Assembly: GCF_000181795.1 (NCBI RefSeq) | Contig: NW_003526945.1 | Span: forward strand, 3,892,108 to 3,956,107 | Origin: Trichinella spiralis | Lineage: Eukaryota | Length of the DNA stretch: 64,000 nt | Direction of reading: 5' to 3' | Shown: one piece after another, positions 26,501 through 39,161 of the stretch | Position numbering within the stretch: the stretch's first letter is position 1 | How the letters are laid out: every line of letters begins with the position of its first letter | Translations under genes and position numbers: made by a program | The notes under the pieces: model-generated | Database searches by the model: none | What the model was told of the DNA's origin: nothing | Seen by the model: the letters and a program-made list of their open reading frames with translations, nothing else

Positions 26501-29500
26501 AATTATGCAGATATTGAAGATCCGGCCGGTAAGTTTTCATCTCATAATTTTACTTTACTCATAATCAACTGTACTTGGTGGAAAAATAGTTTTGCTTTAC
26601 ACTTACAACAGTGGCGTTTTTGTTCGATTTTATTTTCACACGCGTATTGATTGATTTTCTACTACCAATTGTAGATTTGGAATATCCTGCGTATTTGTTG
26701 AACGTTGATCCGGATGCAATTAGGAAGAAGTTGATCAGTCGTAGAATGGAATCCAAGTGGGGTACGGAAAATGACGTGCTGGATGTCAAATTGAACGTCG
26801 ATCAGGCGATATACACGCGAGATGCGCTGGCCAAAGCCCTCTACCACCGACTGTTCGATCACTTGGTGCAGCTCGTGAACAACGCGTTGACGTTCGACGC
26901 GAACGATTGCAGAAAAATTGGCATTCTGGATATTTATGGATTTGAAATTTTCGAAAAAAATGGTTTCGAACAATTTTGCATCAATTTTGTCAATGAAAAA
27001 TTGCAACAAGTGTTCATCGAGTTGACACTGAAAGCGGAGCAGGTAAAACTACTGACTACTTTTGCACACTACCATAGCCATCGAGAGGATTTTGTGAAAA
27101 ATTCGATCCACTTTATTTTCTCATCCAGGAAGAGTACAAGCATGAAGGGGTCCAGTGGATTCCTGTTGACTATTTCAACAACAAGATCGTTTGCGATTTG
27201 ATCGAAGCCAACAAGCCGCCTGGCATATTCAGCATTTTGAACGACGTCTGCGCTCAAACCCACGGCCAGAGTGGCGGGGATGATCATTTTCTTCAGGTCC
27301 GTTCAACTTTATTAATCATTTATTTCATAATTTTACATTTTGTCGTTTCAGAAAATGAACAGCAGCGTCGGCAATCATCAACACTACCGACGTGGTTCTG
27401 GGCGTTTTCTGATTGTCCACTACGCGGGCAATGTCGAATACGACGTCGAGGGGTTTTGCGAGAAAAACCGCGACACTTTGTTCGACGATTTAATTCAACT
27501 GATGCAGTCGAGTGGAAAGTAGGATCAAAATACAAGCGGACGGCAGTGATTTTATGAAATATTTTTTTAATTAATAATTTTTTTCTCTCTGTTGCAGTGA
27601 GCTGGTTTTGAGTTTATTTCCAGAAAAAGTACCCAAGAAATGTGTGAAAACTCGAACGACAACGTTCGGCAGCAAAATTCGAGTAAGCTCAGCAAGTGAT
27701 TTTATTTTTTGCATTTGGAACAGTTGATTTTTCCAAATGGGTACTGCATCTTCAGAAACAGGCTAATGAATTGCTCACTTCACTGATGGGTTCAGTGCCT
27801 CATTATATACGGTGCATCAAGCCGAACGAACAGAAACGGCCGTTCACATTCGACGATGCGAGGTAAGGCGAAATTGATGCTGTTGCTTCCAGTGAAGCAA
27901 AGTGTTTTTGTCAGAGTCAAGCATCAAGTGAAATATTTGGGTTTGAAAGAGAACATCCGCGTTCGAAGAGCTGGCTTTGCCTATCGACGGCCGTATGATA
28001 AATTTGTCAAGAGGTTAGCTAAGATTATTTATTTAATAATTGAAAAGAAAATTATACGACATTTTCTTTTGCACTACCAGATTGTGATGATTGTTTCAAA
28101 TTAGTGTTCGCAAACAATTTTCCACATTTAGATATGCTATTTTAATTGATGATTTACAAAACAATTTACCGCGGAATGATATAGCGAAAACTAAAACCAT
28201 TTTGAAAAGCATGAATTTCGACACGAATGATGCATTTTGTATGGGTCGGACGAAAATTTTCATTAAAAATCCTGAAACAGTGAGTATATATTTAACTGTT
28301 TTTTTTTGAACAATTATTTCAGCTTACTTATTTACAAAAATATTGTTTGTGCATTTAAAATTCTAAGCTAATCATTGATTGATCCTTTCATCAATTATCG
28401 TGAAATATTCCATTTTGCAGGTATTTCAATTGGAAGAAAAGCGTGAAGAAAAATACGCGCATTTTGCGAAAATTATACAACGTGCTTGGCGCCGGTGTAG
28501 AATGAATAAGAAAACCAACGATATGGCTCAACGAGGTGACAGGATGGGATGGGAGAGATGTAAATTTTGTTGTTTTTCAATTCTTAACTGATGATTCAGC
28601 GTCAGACATTTTGTACGGACACAAGCAAAGACGTCGTGCTTCGATCAATAGAAAATTTTTCGGCGACTACATTGGTCTTGATCAAAAGCCCGAATTGAAG
28701 CTTCTCGTTGGCAAGAGGGAGAAAATATGGTTTGCTGACAGCGTTTGCAAATACGACCGACGTTTCAAAGTGGAATTGAAATACAATAATTTTCTAAAAA
28801 AGAAATATCAAATCTTAAAATCAACATCTTTCAGGCTTGTAGTCGTTATTTGTTGTTAACATCAAAAGCCGTTCTCATTGTGCAACAACATATTCATGTA
28901 TATAGTAGAGAAGCGCATTTTTCATTGTGAAGTTGTTATAAAGTGATATTTTTGTTTTTTTTAGGGCAAAACAAAGCGCCATTCAAATCAATCAGATTAC
29001 GTGGTGAAGAGGCACGTTGAGCTGGAGAAAATTGTTTCAGTGATGCTCAGTCCTAATCAAGATGATTTTATTTTGCTGACGGTTCTAAATGAGCATGCAA
29101 CGCTTGTTGAATGCGTTTTCAAGACGGAATTTCTGGTGAAACTTTGTAAATGTTATCAGGATAGAACCGGCAAAACCATGACGATTAAATTTTCCGAAAT
29201 GTAAGTAGTGTTTATTATACATTTATATGTTTGATCACATGATACCATGATTAATAAATTCATTCCAAGATTTGAATATACTGTGAAAAAGAGCAACTGG
29301 CCAAGTTGTCAGACGAAATTTGTCAAATTTGAAATAGACGCCCAGTGTTTAAACAAAGCTCACCTCAAATCACACGGCAATACATTACACGTGGCAATTG
29401 GTGCTGGATTGAAGAATACCACTAGTATGCTATGGGCATTTTTGTTTTGTTAATTGTTATTCAAATTGAATTGAATTGAATTACTCAATTGCTTAAGGGC

Positions 29501-30502
29501 CAAATGCAAAGCCAATTGCGCCAATTACTCCACAAGCAGGGTCGTATTCTACTCAGTGCAGTAGTACTTCGGTACACAATTCAAACCAAAGTGATTGCTT
29601 TTCACCGGCATCAATTGGTTCTGCCGGATATGGGTCCGTTAAAGAAGTCAATTCTTATCGTCGCAAAGCCCCTCCATTGCCTCACGCGCATTCACAGCAG
29701 CCATCCAATTCTAGGTAAATTTATTCAAAATGTATCCAATTCTCAATAAGCACAAATTAATTACACAACCCAGTAGTAATACTTCAGTTGTTCAAATATT
29801 TACCTTTTATCGAAAATTTTTATGCTAAAGTGAGAATAAGGATATAATATAAGAAACGTTTTGGACATGTAATTCGATGTTGGTGATTTTCAAAGTCTTA
29901 AAAATTTCGTGCAATTTCTAAATGATGTAAACTACGAATCCGATTATAACAATATTTTGCCATGCAGAACAGAGTTGAAAGCTCAACTGGAAAGAATAAC
30001 CAATAATTCAATAAGTAAAGCGAATGGTGCTCCGAAGAACAAACCACCTATTCCACCAAAACCAAGACCAAAACTTCGAATGCTTTACTCTTACGAAGGT
30101 CAAGATGATGATGAACTTTGCTTTCATTCAAATGATATTATTGAAATTATCCAAGAAGGTATGACGGACATTTATCTTGCACATACACGTATGTATGTAT
30201 ATATTTATGTATGTACCTTGTATAAGCTGCATCTAGATGGAATTCACCAATTAATTCACTGTATGATGCGTGACATTTATTAGCATAGTTAATTTTCGAT
30301 AATATGTTTAACAATTTGTTGTTTCATTTATTAAGTTTCTCTTATTTGTTCTAAGACTAGCTTCTTGTTAAAGAACGTCAGTGTAAGAATGAGAATTTCT
30401 TTTCGATTTTCATTATTTGTTGTAGATTCTTCTGGCTGGTGGCAGGGGCATTTGCGAGGCAAGCATGGTTTGTTTCCAGCGAATTATGGAACGAGAATTT
30501 AA
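23509..30502 (+). CDS. hum-1: Long-tailed class I myosin (MYO1E/F, nematode hum-1-like): motor, IQ, TH1, Pro-rich region, SH3
   Basis: MD|KHLHWQ...VGVHDMVLL...[38 protein letters not shown]-loop GESGSGKT (~25578-25601), [85 protein letters not shown] (IQ), [16 protein letters not shown] (TH1), and SH3 [12 protein letters not shown]...GWWQG...GLFPANY. Stop at 30500-30502. Confidence 0.95.
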
Positions 30503-31735
30503 ATCTGTTCTTCAATTTCCGTATCTGATAACATGTATGAAATGAAAAAATATTTTTCAGCTGAATTTAAGCATTATGTCAAATATTTGATAGAAAAAAT
30601 GGTGGTTATGTATTTATTTATCTTTTGTTGTAAAACCAAACTTAAGGCCAACTTGATTTTGACTCAGTTTTTCTATTTTTCAGATTAAAAATTTCCATGA
30701 ATTTATACCACATGATGAAATTGTGCAACGATTTTCAAATAACGTAACTAATCTCTTTGTCAGCCTTTGAATCAACAGTTAAAATTCGTTTATCTACTGA
30801 CATTTACAGCTTAACTTCTTGCATTTACCTCAGACTTTACAGTGAGTATAGCTTAAAATTTTGATGGGTAAAATCGAGGTATGTTATGACATGCAAAGTT
30901 ATTTATTAAAACCATTTTAGACTGTTGCTAAATTTCACACTGATTGATTTAGATAAAATTTGTTTTTGTCTAGTTCAGATGATGAAATGGAATGTTTGTT
31001 TCATACGTTTGTAAATCCAGGTAGATGATTTTTTAGATGCTAAAATCAAAGAAAGCAGTGCTGAGAAAAGCGCTTATTTCACAAAAGATCAACTACATCA
31101 TTCCACATTAATTGCACCAAAACACAAGTAGACGACAATGCCTGTAAACCTATTTGAACACGTGAAACGTTTCATTAAAAGGTAGCTATTCTGCTGATCA
31201 CGGTAACTTTGATAAAATAGCATTTTTGTTCAAGTTCATAATTTGTTTTCATTGTAAATGGAAGTGGAGGATTACGGTTCAGGATTTTGTATGATATTGA
31301 TAATAGATTTCCAAAATGTAGTTTAATCAACTGTAATGTTCGACAGGTAATTTATACATGTATTGCAAATTTGGGTATTTTGCCAAGTTGTATAATAATA
31401 TGTAATTTTCTGCATTTGCGTTTGTATAATTTTTGGTGCAGCTGAGAACAAAAAGTATGAATTTCCGTTTTACCGCTAATCAAAGACAATGAATGCAAAA
31501 ATATTTTAACCATTTTATTTGATGAATTTCAAAAATCATAATTAATAATGATGATGATCATGATGATGATGATAATAATAATAGTTATAATAGTGATAAT
31601 GATAATAATAGTTGCTACTTTCAGTTTAATCAGTTTGAGTTTTGAAGAAAAGATTGTTCAATGATTACTTTGATAAATAAGGTGAAGTTTGAAGAGATAA
31701 CTCTTCGATCAGTAGTAAATTGTCGTGTGATGCAT

Positions 31736-33695
31736 TTAGCATTCACTTAATAAAGCACTCAACTCTTGCACGACGGTTTCCACTTCTCCACGTTTAGCTG
31801 GAGTGATGGAGGTCAGGCGAAGAATTATCGTTTGAATTGCAGGTGGGATCTCTGGCAACATTTCCAGTGTGTTTCCTTCCAATAAATATGAGCAAAATTC
31901 TGCACTATCTTCGATGTTAGTCTTGTCGTGTGGATTAAGCGCGTTGGTGAAGATTTCCCACATCAGAACGCCAAGCATCCACAAATCTGATTTATACGAA
32001 AACGAACTTGCAATCAACGATTCAGGAGCGCTCCAGCGAAGAGGAATGCTGGGGAAGCCTTTCTCTTGTTCAGATACTTCTTTGCACAAGTTGAAATCGG
32101 ACAGCTTTGCGGTAGCCTTTTCAACATCCTTAAACAGCAGGCAGTTTCTTGCGGCAATATCCCGATGGATCAATTCTGAAAAAATAATCAATAATGTCGT
32201 GAATTTAACTTCCAACGAACCTGCATTTTAGAACATTGCTTATAAGCGAAAAACTCGATAAATAATCAATAAGAATCTTTTTTCAAGTACTTTTTGTTTT
32301 CAAGTATTTCAAGGCGGAGGCAATTTGCAGGCAGAATTCAATTTTGCAATTGATTTTGAACGATAGTTTCTTTAGACAATTATCAAGGCTTCCAGCATTA
32401 GCATACTCCATTACCATCATTGGAATCTCCGCGAACACTGTCATACCAATCGGCTTGATAATGTACGGGCAATCGAGCTGTTGCAATAAACGGTGTTCTG
32501 TATACATCATCCCTATAGTGTCTGCCCATGGTACATCTGTTGGACATTTTATCGCTGCATCATTGTATTTATTGTTGTGAATATGAAATCCGTACGATAC
32601 ACTGGAAAAGGATCCCTGAAACAGGTACGTTGTTTAGTTTCAATTTATGAGTATTAACTAACAAATGTTATTATAATGAATTAACCTGTGCAATGTCATG
32701 CTCAATAATCAAAACATTGTCAGTTTTGATTTGCCAATCAGAAAAATTTGCCGCTGTAATCAATTGAAATTTTATTCTGTCTTCAATAAACTCTCCACTT
32801 TCCATATGATGTGCAATCATATCAGAGACCGAATCGAACACTCTGGTTCTTACGAAACATTTCTAAATAGAAAATGGACATTTAATGGAGTGATTGATCA
32901 TCGAAATGAAATTTGATTCTGTAAAAATTTGAAATCAGTCTAAGCAATATAGCATGCAATGAATATGCTAGGAAATAATTGAAACGGTGAAGTTGTTCAA
33001 CAAAATTATTCATTGCACTCCTTCACTTACTCCCAATATGCTAACGTTCAACTGATGATGAACAACTTCTCCATCGAACTTGACGGACAGCACTAGCGGC
33101 TTCAGAATACCGTGCTCATTTGTAATGTGAACCATGAAATAACCATTTGGTTTGTTTTTCAGTATGTCGTATGCATCCTTTTCCGTCAGGTACCCATGAA
33201 AATAGCTTTCATTGTACAACTTTTTCCGATAGAATTCCTGGAAAATTAAAAAATTACTTAATAATTATTTTCTACATAATGTAAAAGTGTAATGATAATA
33301 ATAATAATAATAATTTGATTCAATTCAATTCTGTCATCATAGTTCACAATGATTTCAAACACTTTTTCGCATATTCAGCAAATTTTAATAACAGCTTTCT
33401 TGAACGTACTCGCATTGGGTTGTTCGCCTTCAATTTACGAGCGGTCACAACTGAGCACCCATTTCTGGTCACTGCGTCTTCAACCTTGGTTTTGCATGGT
33501 TGGATCTGAAAAAAATTAACAAATGTGCATGTGGATAATTATCTACTTCACATATGCCTGATGTATTTTGTGGTAATTATTCCATTTATACATTTGATTT
33601 ATAAAATTATAATCTCTTGTTCTATTTATTATCGCACATACCTGTGGCATTGGGTTTACTTGTGCCACTGGCTTGTTCTTCTTCTGGTCGTTCAT
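31736..33695 (-). CDS. SH2 + tyrosine kinase-domain protein, copy 1 (Fer/Fes-like nematode SH2-TK architecture), 6 exons
   Basis: Spliced in frame: MNDQKK..., SH2 YFHGYLTEKDAYDILKNKPNGYFMVH...LVLSVKFDGEVVHH, kinase HDIAQ|GSFSSV...AAIK...TEHRLL...MVMEYANAGSL...QIASALKYL...IHRDIAARNCL...LSDFNLCK...PLRWSAPE...SDLWMLGVLMWEIFT. HRDIAARN and PLRW mark the tyrosine kinase group. Confidence 0.88.
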
Positions 33696-33854
33696 GGTTG
33701 ACAAGCAAAGCAAGCTGAAAACGTCATATGTCATTAGCACAGTCAGTGAAAAGTTGAACTGCGTTTAAGCAGTATGAAGTTATCAGCGCTTACCGAGGGC
33801 AACCGTCGTCCAAGAGAGCGGGTTTAGAAAATGAGCGAATTTTTTTTGCCTACC

Positions 33855-33866
33855 TATTTATATAGA
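33855..33866 (-). promoter_or_regulatory. Candidate TATA box upstream of kinase copy 1; equivalents near 37624-37635 and 41396-41405
   Basis: The minus strand reads ctatataaatag about 160 bp upstream of the ATG. TATATAAGTAG and CATATAAATAG occupy the same position in the other two units. The background is AT-rich and the conservation may simply reflect duplication. Confidence 0.4.
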
Positions 33867-35409
33867 CATTTAATGCAACGTGTCCTTAAGTTTTAAAGTG
33901 CCTATTAATGTTATTTTATTTACAGTTACAAAAGTGATTTTCAGGATTGCTTCAAGAAGAAAAATTGAACATGGTTTCCATTCAATAATAGAAGATTTCA
34001 AAAGTAATAAGTAGCAGTAATTAAAATGTTCGCTTTAGTGAATTTATTACAGATGAAGCTTTACAAGAAATAGCGATGTAATTTCATTTTGTACTCTAAT
34101 GTTTCACTTTCATGTATAATTTCACAGATATAATGTTTTTGTCGAAGTTTCTGTAGGCCGAATCTATAATAAAACGGTTTAATACTTTTATTGTATTCAT
34201 GGAGAGGATATTTTTTTTATAAATTCCCGTAAATTGAAAAATTGACATTTTTAGTAGAAAAAACCGATTCCAGGCCGAACTGTATCTTCTGCTTACTGTG
34301 CTGTAGATTGAAAAGCCAAATTTACAGCCAACTTGATTTTCATTCATCTGAGATATTTTACAGATTAAAAATTTCCATGAATTTTATACCACATGGTGAA
34401 GTTCTGCAACGATTTTCAAATAACGTAACTACCATCTTTGTAGGCCTTTGAAGCAGCAGTTCTAATTCGTTCATCTGCTGCCATTTAAAACTTACCGACT
34501 TGCACCTACTATTGCTATATAGTGAGTTGCATTAATAATTTTGATGGGCAAAATCGAGATATGTTATGACATGCAAAGTTATTTATTACAACTATTTTAG
34601 ACTGTTGCTAAATTTCACACTGATTGATTTAGATAAAATTTGTTTTTGTCCAGTTCAGATGATGAAATGGAATGTTTGTTTCATACGTTTGTAAATCCAG
34701 GTAGATGATTTTTTAGATGCTAAAATCAAAGAAAGCAGTGCTGAGAAAAGCGCTTATTTTACAAAAGATCGACTACATCATTCCACATTAATTGCACCAA
34801 AACACAAGGAGACGACAATGCGTGTAAACCTATTTGAACACGTGAAACGTTTCATCAAAAGACAGCTATTCTGCTGATCACGGTAACTTTGATAAAATAG
34901 CATTTTTGTTCAAGTTCATAATTTGTTTTCATTGTAAATGGAAGTGGAGGATTACGGTTCAGGATTTTGCATGATATTGATAATAGATTTTAAAAATGTA
35001 GTTTAATCAACTTTAATGTTCGACAGGTAATTTATACATGTATTGCAAATTTGGGTATTTTGCCAAGTTGTATAATAATATGTACTTTTCTGCATTTGCG
35101 TTTGTATAATTTTTGGTGTAGCTGAGAACGAAAAGTATGAATTTCCGTTTTATCGCTAATCAGCGACATTGAATGCAAAAATATTTTAACCATTTTATTT
35201 GATGAATTTCAAAAATCATAATTAATAATGATGATGATGATGATGATAATAATAATGGTAATAATAGTGATAATGATAATAACAGTTGCTACTTTGAGTT
35301 TAATCAGTTTGAGTTTTGAAGGAAAGATTGTTCAATGATTACTTTGATAAATAAGGTGAAGTTTGAAGAGATGACTCTTCGATCAGTAGTAAATTGTCGT
35401 GTGATGCAT

Positions 35410-37462
35410 TTAGCATTCACGTAATAATGTATTCAACTCTTTCACTACGGTTTCCACTTTTCCACGATCAGCTGGATTGATGGAGGTCAGACGAAGAATT
35501 ATCGTTTGAATTGCAAGTGGGATCTCTGGCAACATTTCCAGTGTGTTTCCATTCATTAAATATGAACAAAATTCTGCAGTATTTTCGAAGTTGGCCTTGT
35601 CATGTGGATTAAGTGCGTTGGTGAAGATTTCCCACATCAGAACGCCAAGCATCCACAAATCTGATTGATACGACCACAAACTTTCACTCAACGATTCAGG
35701 GGCGCTCCAGCGAAGAAGAATGCTGGGTAAATCTTTCTCTTTTTCAGATATTGCTTTGCACAGTTTGAAATCGGATAGCTTTGCGGTAGCGTTTTCAAAA
35801 TCTATAAACAGTAGGCAGTTTTTTGCGGCAATATCCCGATGGATCAATTCTGAAAAAATAATCAATAATGTCGTGAAGTTAACTTCCAACGAACCTGCAT
35901 TTTAGAACATTGCTTATAAGAAAAAAACTCGATAAATGATCAATAAGAAACTTTTTTCAAGTACTTTTTGTTTTCAAGTATTTCAAGGCGGAGGCAATTT
36001 GCAGGCAGAATTGAATTTTGCGTTTGATTTTGATCGAACCATTTTTTAGACAATCTTCTAGATTTCCTCTATTGGCATACTCCATTATCATCATTGGAAT
36101 CTCCGCGAACACTGTTATACCAAACGGCTTGATAATGTACGGGCAATCGAGCTGTTGCAATAAACGGTGTTCTGTATACATCATCCCTACAGTGTCTACT
36201 GATGTTACATCTGTTGGGCATTTTATCGCAACTTCATTGTATTTCTTGTTGTGAGTATAAAATCCGTACGATACATTCGAAAAGGATCCCTTAAACAGGT
36301 ACGTTGTTTAGTTTCAATTTGAGTATTAACTAACAAATGTTATTATAATGAATTAACCTTTGCAATGTCATGCCGAATAATCAAGACTTTGTTAGTTTTT
36401 ATTTGCCAGTCGGAAACATTTGCCGCTGTCTTCAGTTGAAATTTTATTCTGTTTTCAATGAACTCTCCACTTTCCATATGATGTGCAATCATATCAGAGA
36501 CCGAATCGAACACTTTGGTTCTTCCGAAACATTTCTAAATAAAAAATGGACATTCAATAGAGTATTTAATCATCGAAATGATATTTGATTTTGTAAAAAT
36601 TTGAAATCCGTCGAAGCAATATAGCTTGCAATGAATATGCTAGGAAATAATTGAAACGGTGAAGTTGTTCAACAAAATTATTCATTGCGCTCCCTCACTT
36701 ACTCCCAATATGCCAACGTGTAACGGATGATGGACAATTTGTCCATAGTAATTGACGGACAGCACTACCGGATTTAGATCACCGCGCTCATTGGTAGTGT
36801 GAACCAAGAAGTAACCGTTTGGTTTGTATTTTAGTATGTCGTTGGCATCCTTTTGTGTCAGGTACCCATGAAAATAGCTTTCATTGTACAGTTGTTTGCG
36901 ATATAATTCCTGAAAAATGAAAAGATTATTTCATCATTATTTGCAACATTATTCATACAGTAGAAGTGTAATAATAATAATAATAATTCAATTCAGTTCC
37001 ATCATCATAGTTCACAATGATTTCAAAAGGATTATTTGAAAAACTTATTAGCGTATTCAGAAAATTTTATAAATATCTTTCTGAAACCTACTCGCATTCG
37101 GTTCCTCGAATTCGATTTACTAGCCGTCAAAACGGAACTTCCATTTCTTGTCATTGTGTCCACTACCTCTGCTTTGGCTGGTTGATTCTGAAAGAAATAA
37201 ATATGTGTTCAGTTGGATAATTATCTAGTTCACATATGCTTGATGCATTACAAAAGTAAATATTCTGTTTATGGAACTGATTTATGAAATTACACTCTCT
37301 TGTTCTATTTATTATCGCACATACCTTTTGCATTGGCTTTACACGGGCATTGGGCTTGTTCGTGTTCGACTGATTTTTCAGTAGAAAGCACGTGTCGTCG
37401 TTGCCTTTATCATCTCTGCAAGGAATGTAAATTCGTGGCTTGTTCTTCCTCTGGTCGTTCAT
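35410..37462 (-). CDS. SH2 + tyrosine kinase-domain protein, copy 2
   Basis: Same exon structure as copy 1, reading frame intact. SH2 YFHGYLTQKDANDILKYKPNGYFLVH; kinase HDIAK|GSFSNV, VAIK, HRDIAAKNC, LSDFKLCK, LLRWSAPE. Confidence 0.88.
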
Positions 37463-39161
37463 GGTTGACAAGCAAAGCAAGCTGAAAACGTTACATGTCA
37501 TTAGCAAAGTCAGTGAAATGCTGCACTTTTGCGTTTAAGCAGTATAAAGGTATCGGCGCTTACCGAGGGCAACCGTCGTCCAGGAGAGCAGGTTTAGAAA
37601 ATGAGTGAAATTTTGTTTCCTGGCTACTTATATAGACATTTAATGCAACGTGTCCTTAAGTTTTAATGTGTGCCTTTTAATGTTATTTTATTTAGAGTTA
37701 CCAAAGTGATTTTCAGGATTGCTTACACGAAGAAAAATTGAACATGGTTTCCATTCAATAATAGAAGATTGCAAAAGTAATAAGTATCACTAATTAAAAT
37801 AATAAGGTTCGGAATTTATTATAGATGAAGCTTTACAAGAAATGACAATGTAATTTCATTTTGTACTCCAATGTTTTACTTTCATGTATAATTTCACAGA
37901 TATAATGTTTTTGTCAAAGTTTCTGTAGGCTGAATTTATGATAAAACGGTTTACTACTTTTATTGTATCCATGGAGAGGATATTTTTTTATAAATTCCCG
38001 TAAATTGAAAAATTGAAATTTTTAGTAGAAAAAACCGATTCCAGGTCGAACTGTATCTTCTGCTTACTGTGCTGTAGATTGAAAAGCCAAATTTACGGCC
38101 AACTTGATTTTCATTTATCTGAGTCATTTTTCAGGTGTAAAATTTCCATGAATTTTATACCACGTGATGAAATTGTGCAACGATTTTCAAACAACATCTT
38201 TGTAGGCTTTTGAAGCAGCAGTTCTAATTCATTCATCTGCTGACATTTACAACTTACCTACTTGCACCTACCATTACTATATAGTGAGTTGCATTAATAA
38301 TTTTGATGACCAAAATCGAGATATGTTATGACATGCAAAGTTATTTATTGAAACCATTTTAGACTGTTGCTAAACTTCACACTTAATTCGTTTTTGTCTA
38401 GTTTAGATGATGAAATGGAATGTTTGTTTCATACGTTTGTAAATCCATGTAGATGATTTTTTAGATGCTAAAATCAAAGAAATCAGTGCTGAGAAAAGCG
38501 CTTATTTTACAAAAGATCAACTACAGCATTCCACATTAATTGCACCAAAACACAAGTAGACGACAATGCCTGTAAAACCTATTTGAACACGTGAAATGTT
38601 TCATTAAAAGGCAGATATTCTGCTGATCACGGTAACTTTGATAAAATAGCATTTTTGTTCAAGTTCATAATTTGTTTTCATTGTAAATGGAAGTGGAGGA
38701 TTGCGGTTCAGGATTTTGTATAATATTGATGATAGATTTCCAAAACGTAGTTAAATCAACTGTAATGTTCGACAGGTGATTTATACATGTATTGCAAATT
38801 TGGGTATTTTGCCAAGTTGTATAATAATATGTAATTTTCTGCATTTGCGTTTGTATAATTTTTGGTGCAGCTGAGAACAAAAAGTATGAATTTCCGTTTT
38901 ATCGCTAATCGGAGACAATGAATACAAAAATATTTTGACCATTTTATTTGATGAATTTCAAAAATCATAATTAATAGTGATGATGATGATGATGATAATA
39001 ATAATAATAGTTGTAATAGTGATAATGATAATAATAGTTGCTACTTTCAGTTTAATCAGTTTGAGTTTTGAAGAAAAGATTGTTCAATGATTACTTTGAT
39101 AAATAAGGTGAAGTTTGAAGAGATGACTCTTCGATCAGTAATAAATTCTTGTGTGTTGCAT

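Noticed and set aside
31321..31445. Spliced-leader RNA-like pattern in each repeat unit (gtttaat...ag|gtaa followed by Sm-like aatttttgg)
   Set aside because: The donor-to-Sm distance (~80 nt) is longer than in typical SL RNAs, no convincing stem-loops are visible, unit 3 alters both the leader-like part and the donor, and the T-run reads equally well as a splice-acceptor tract. An Rfam/Infernal scan would settle it.
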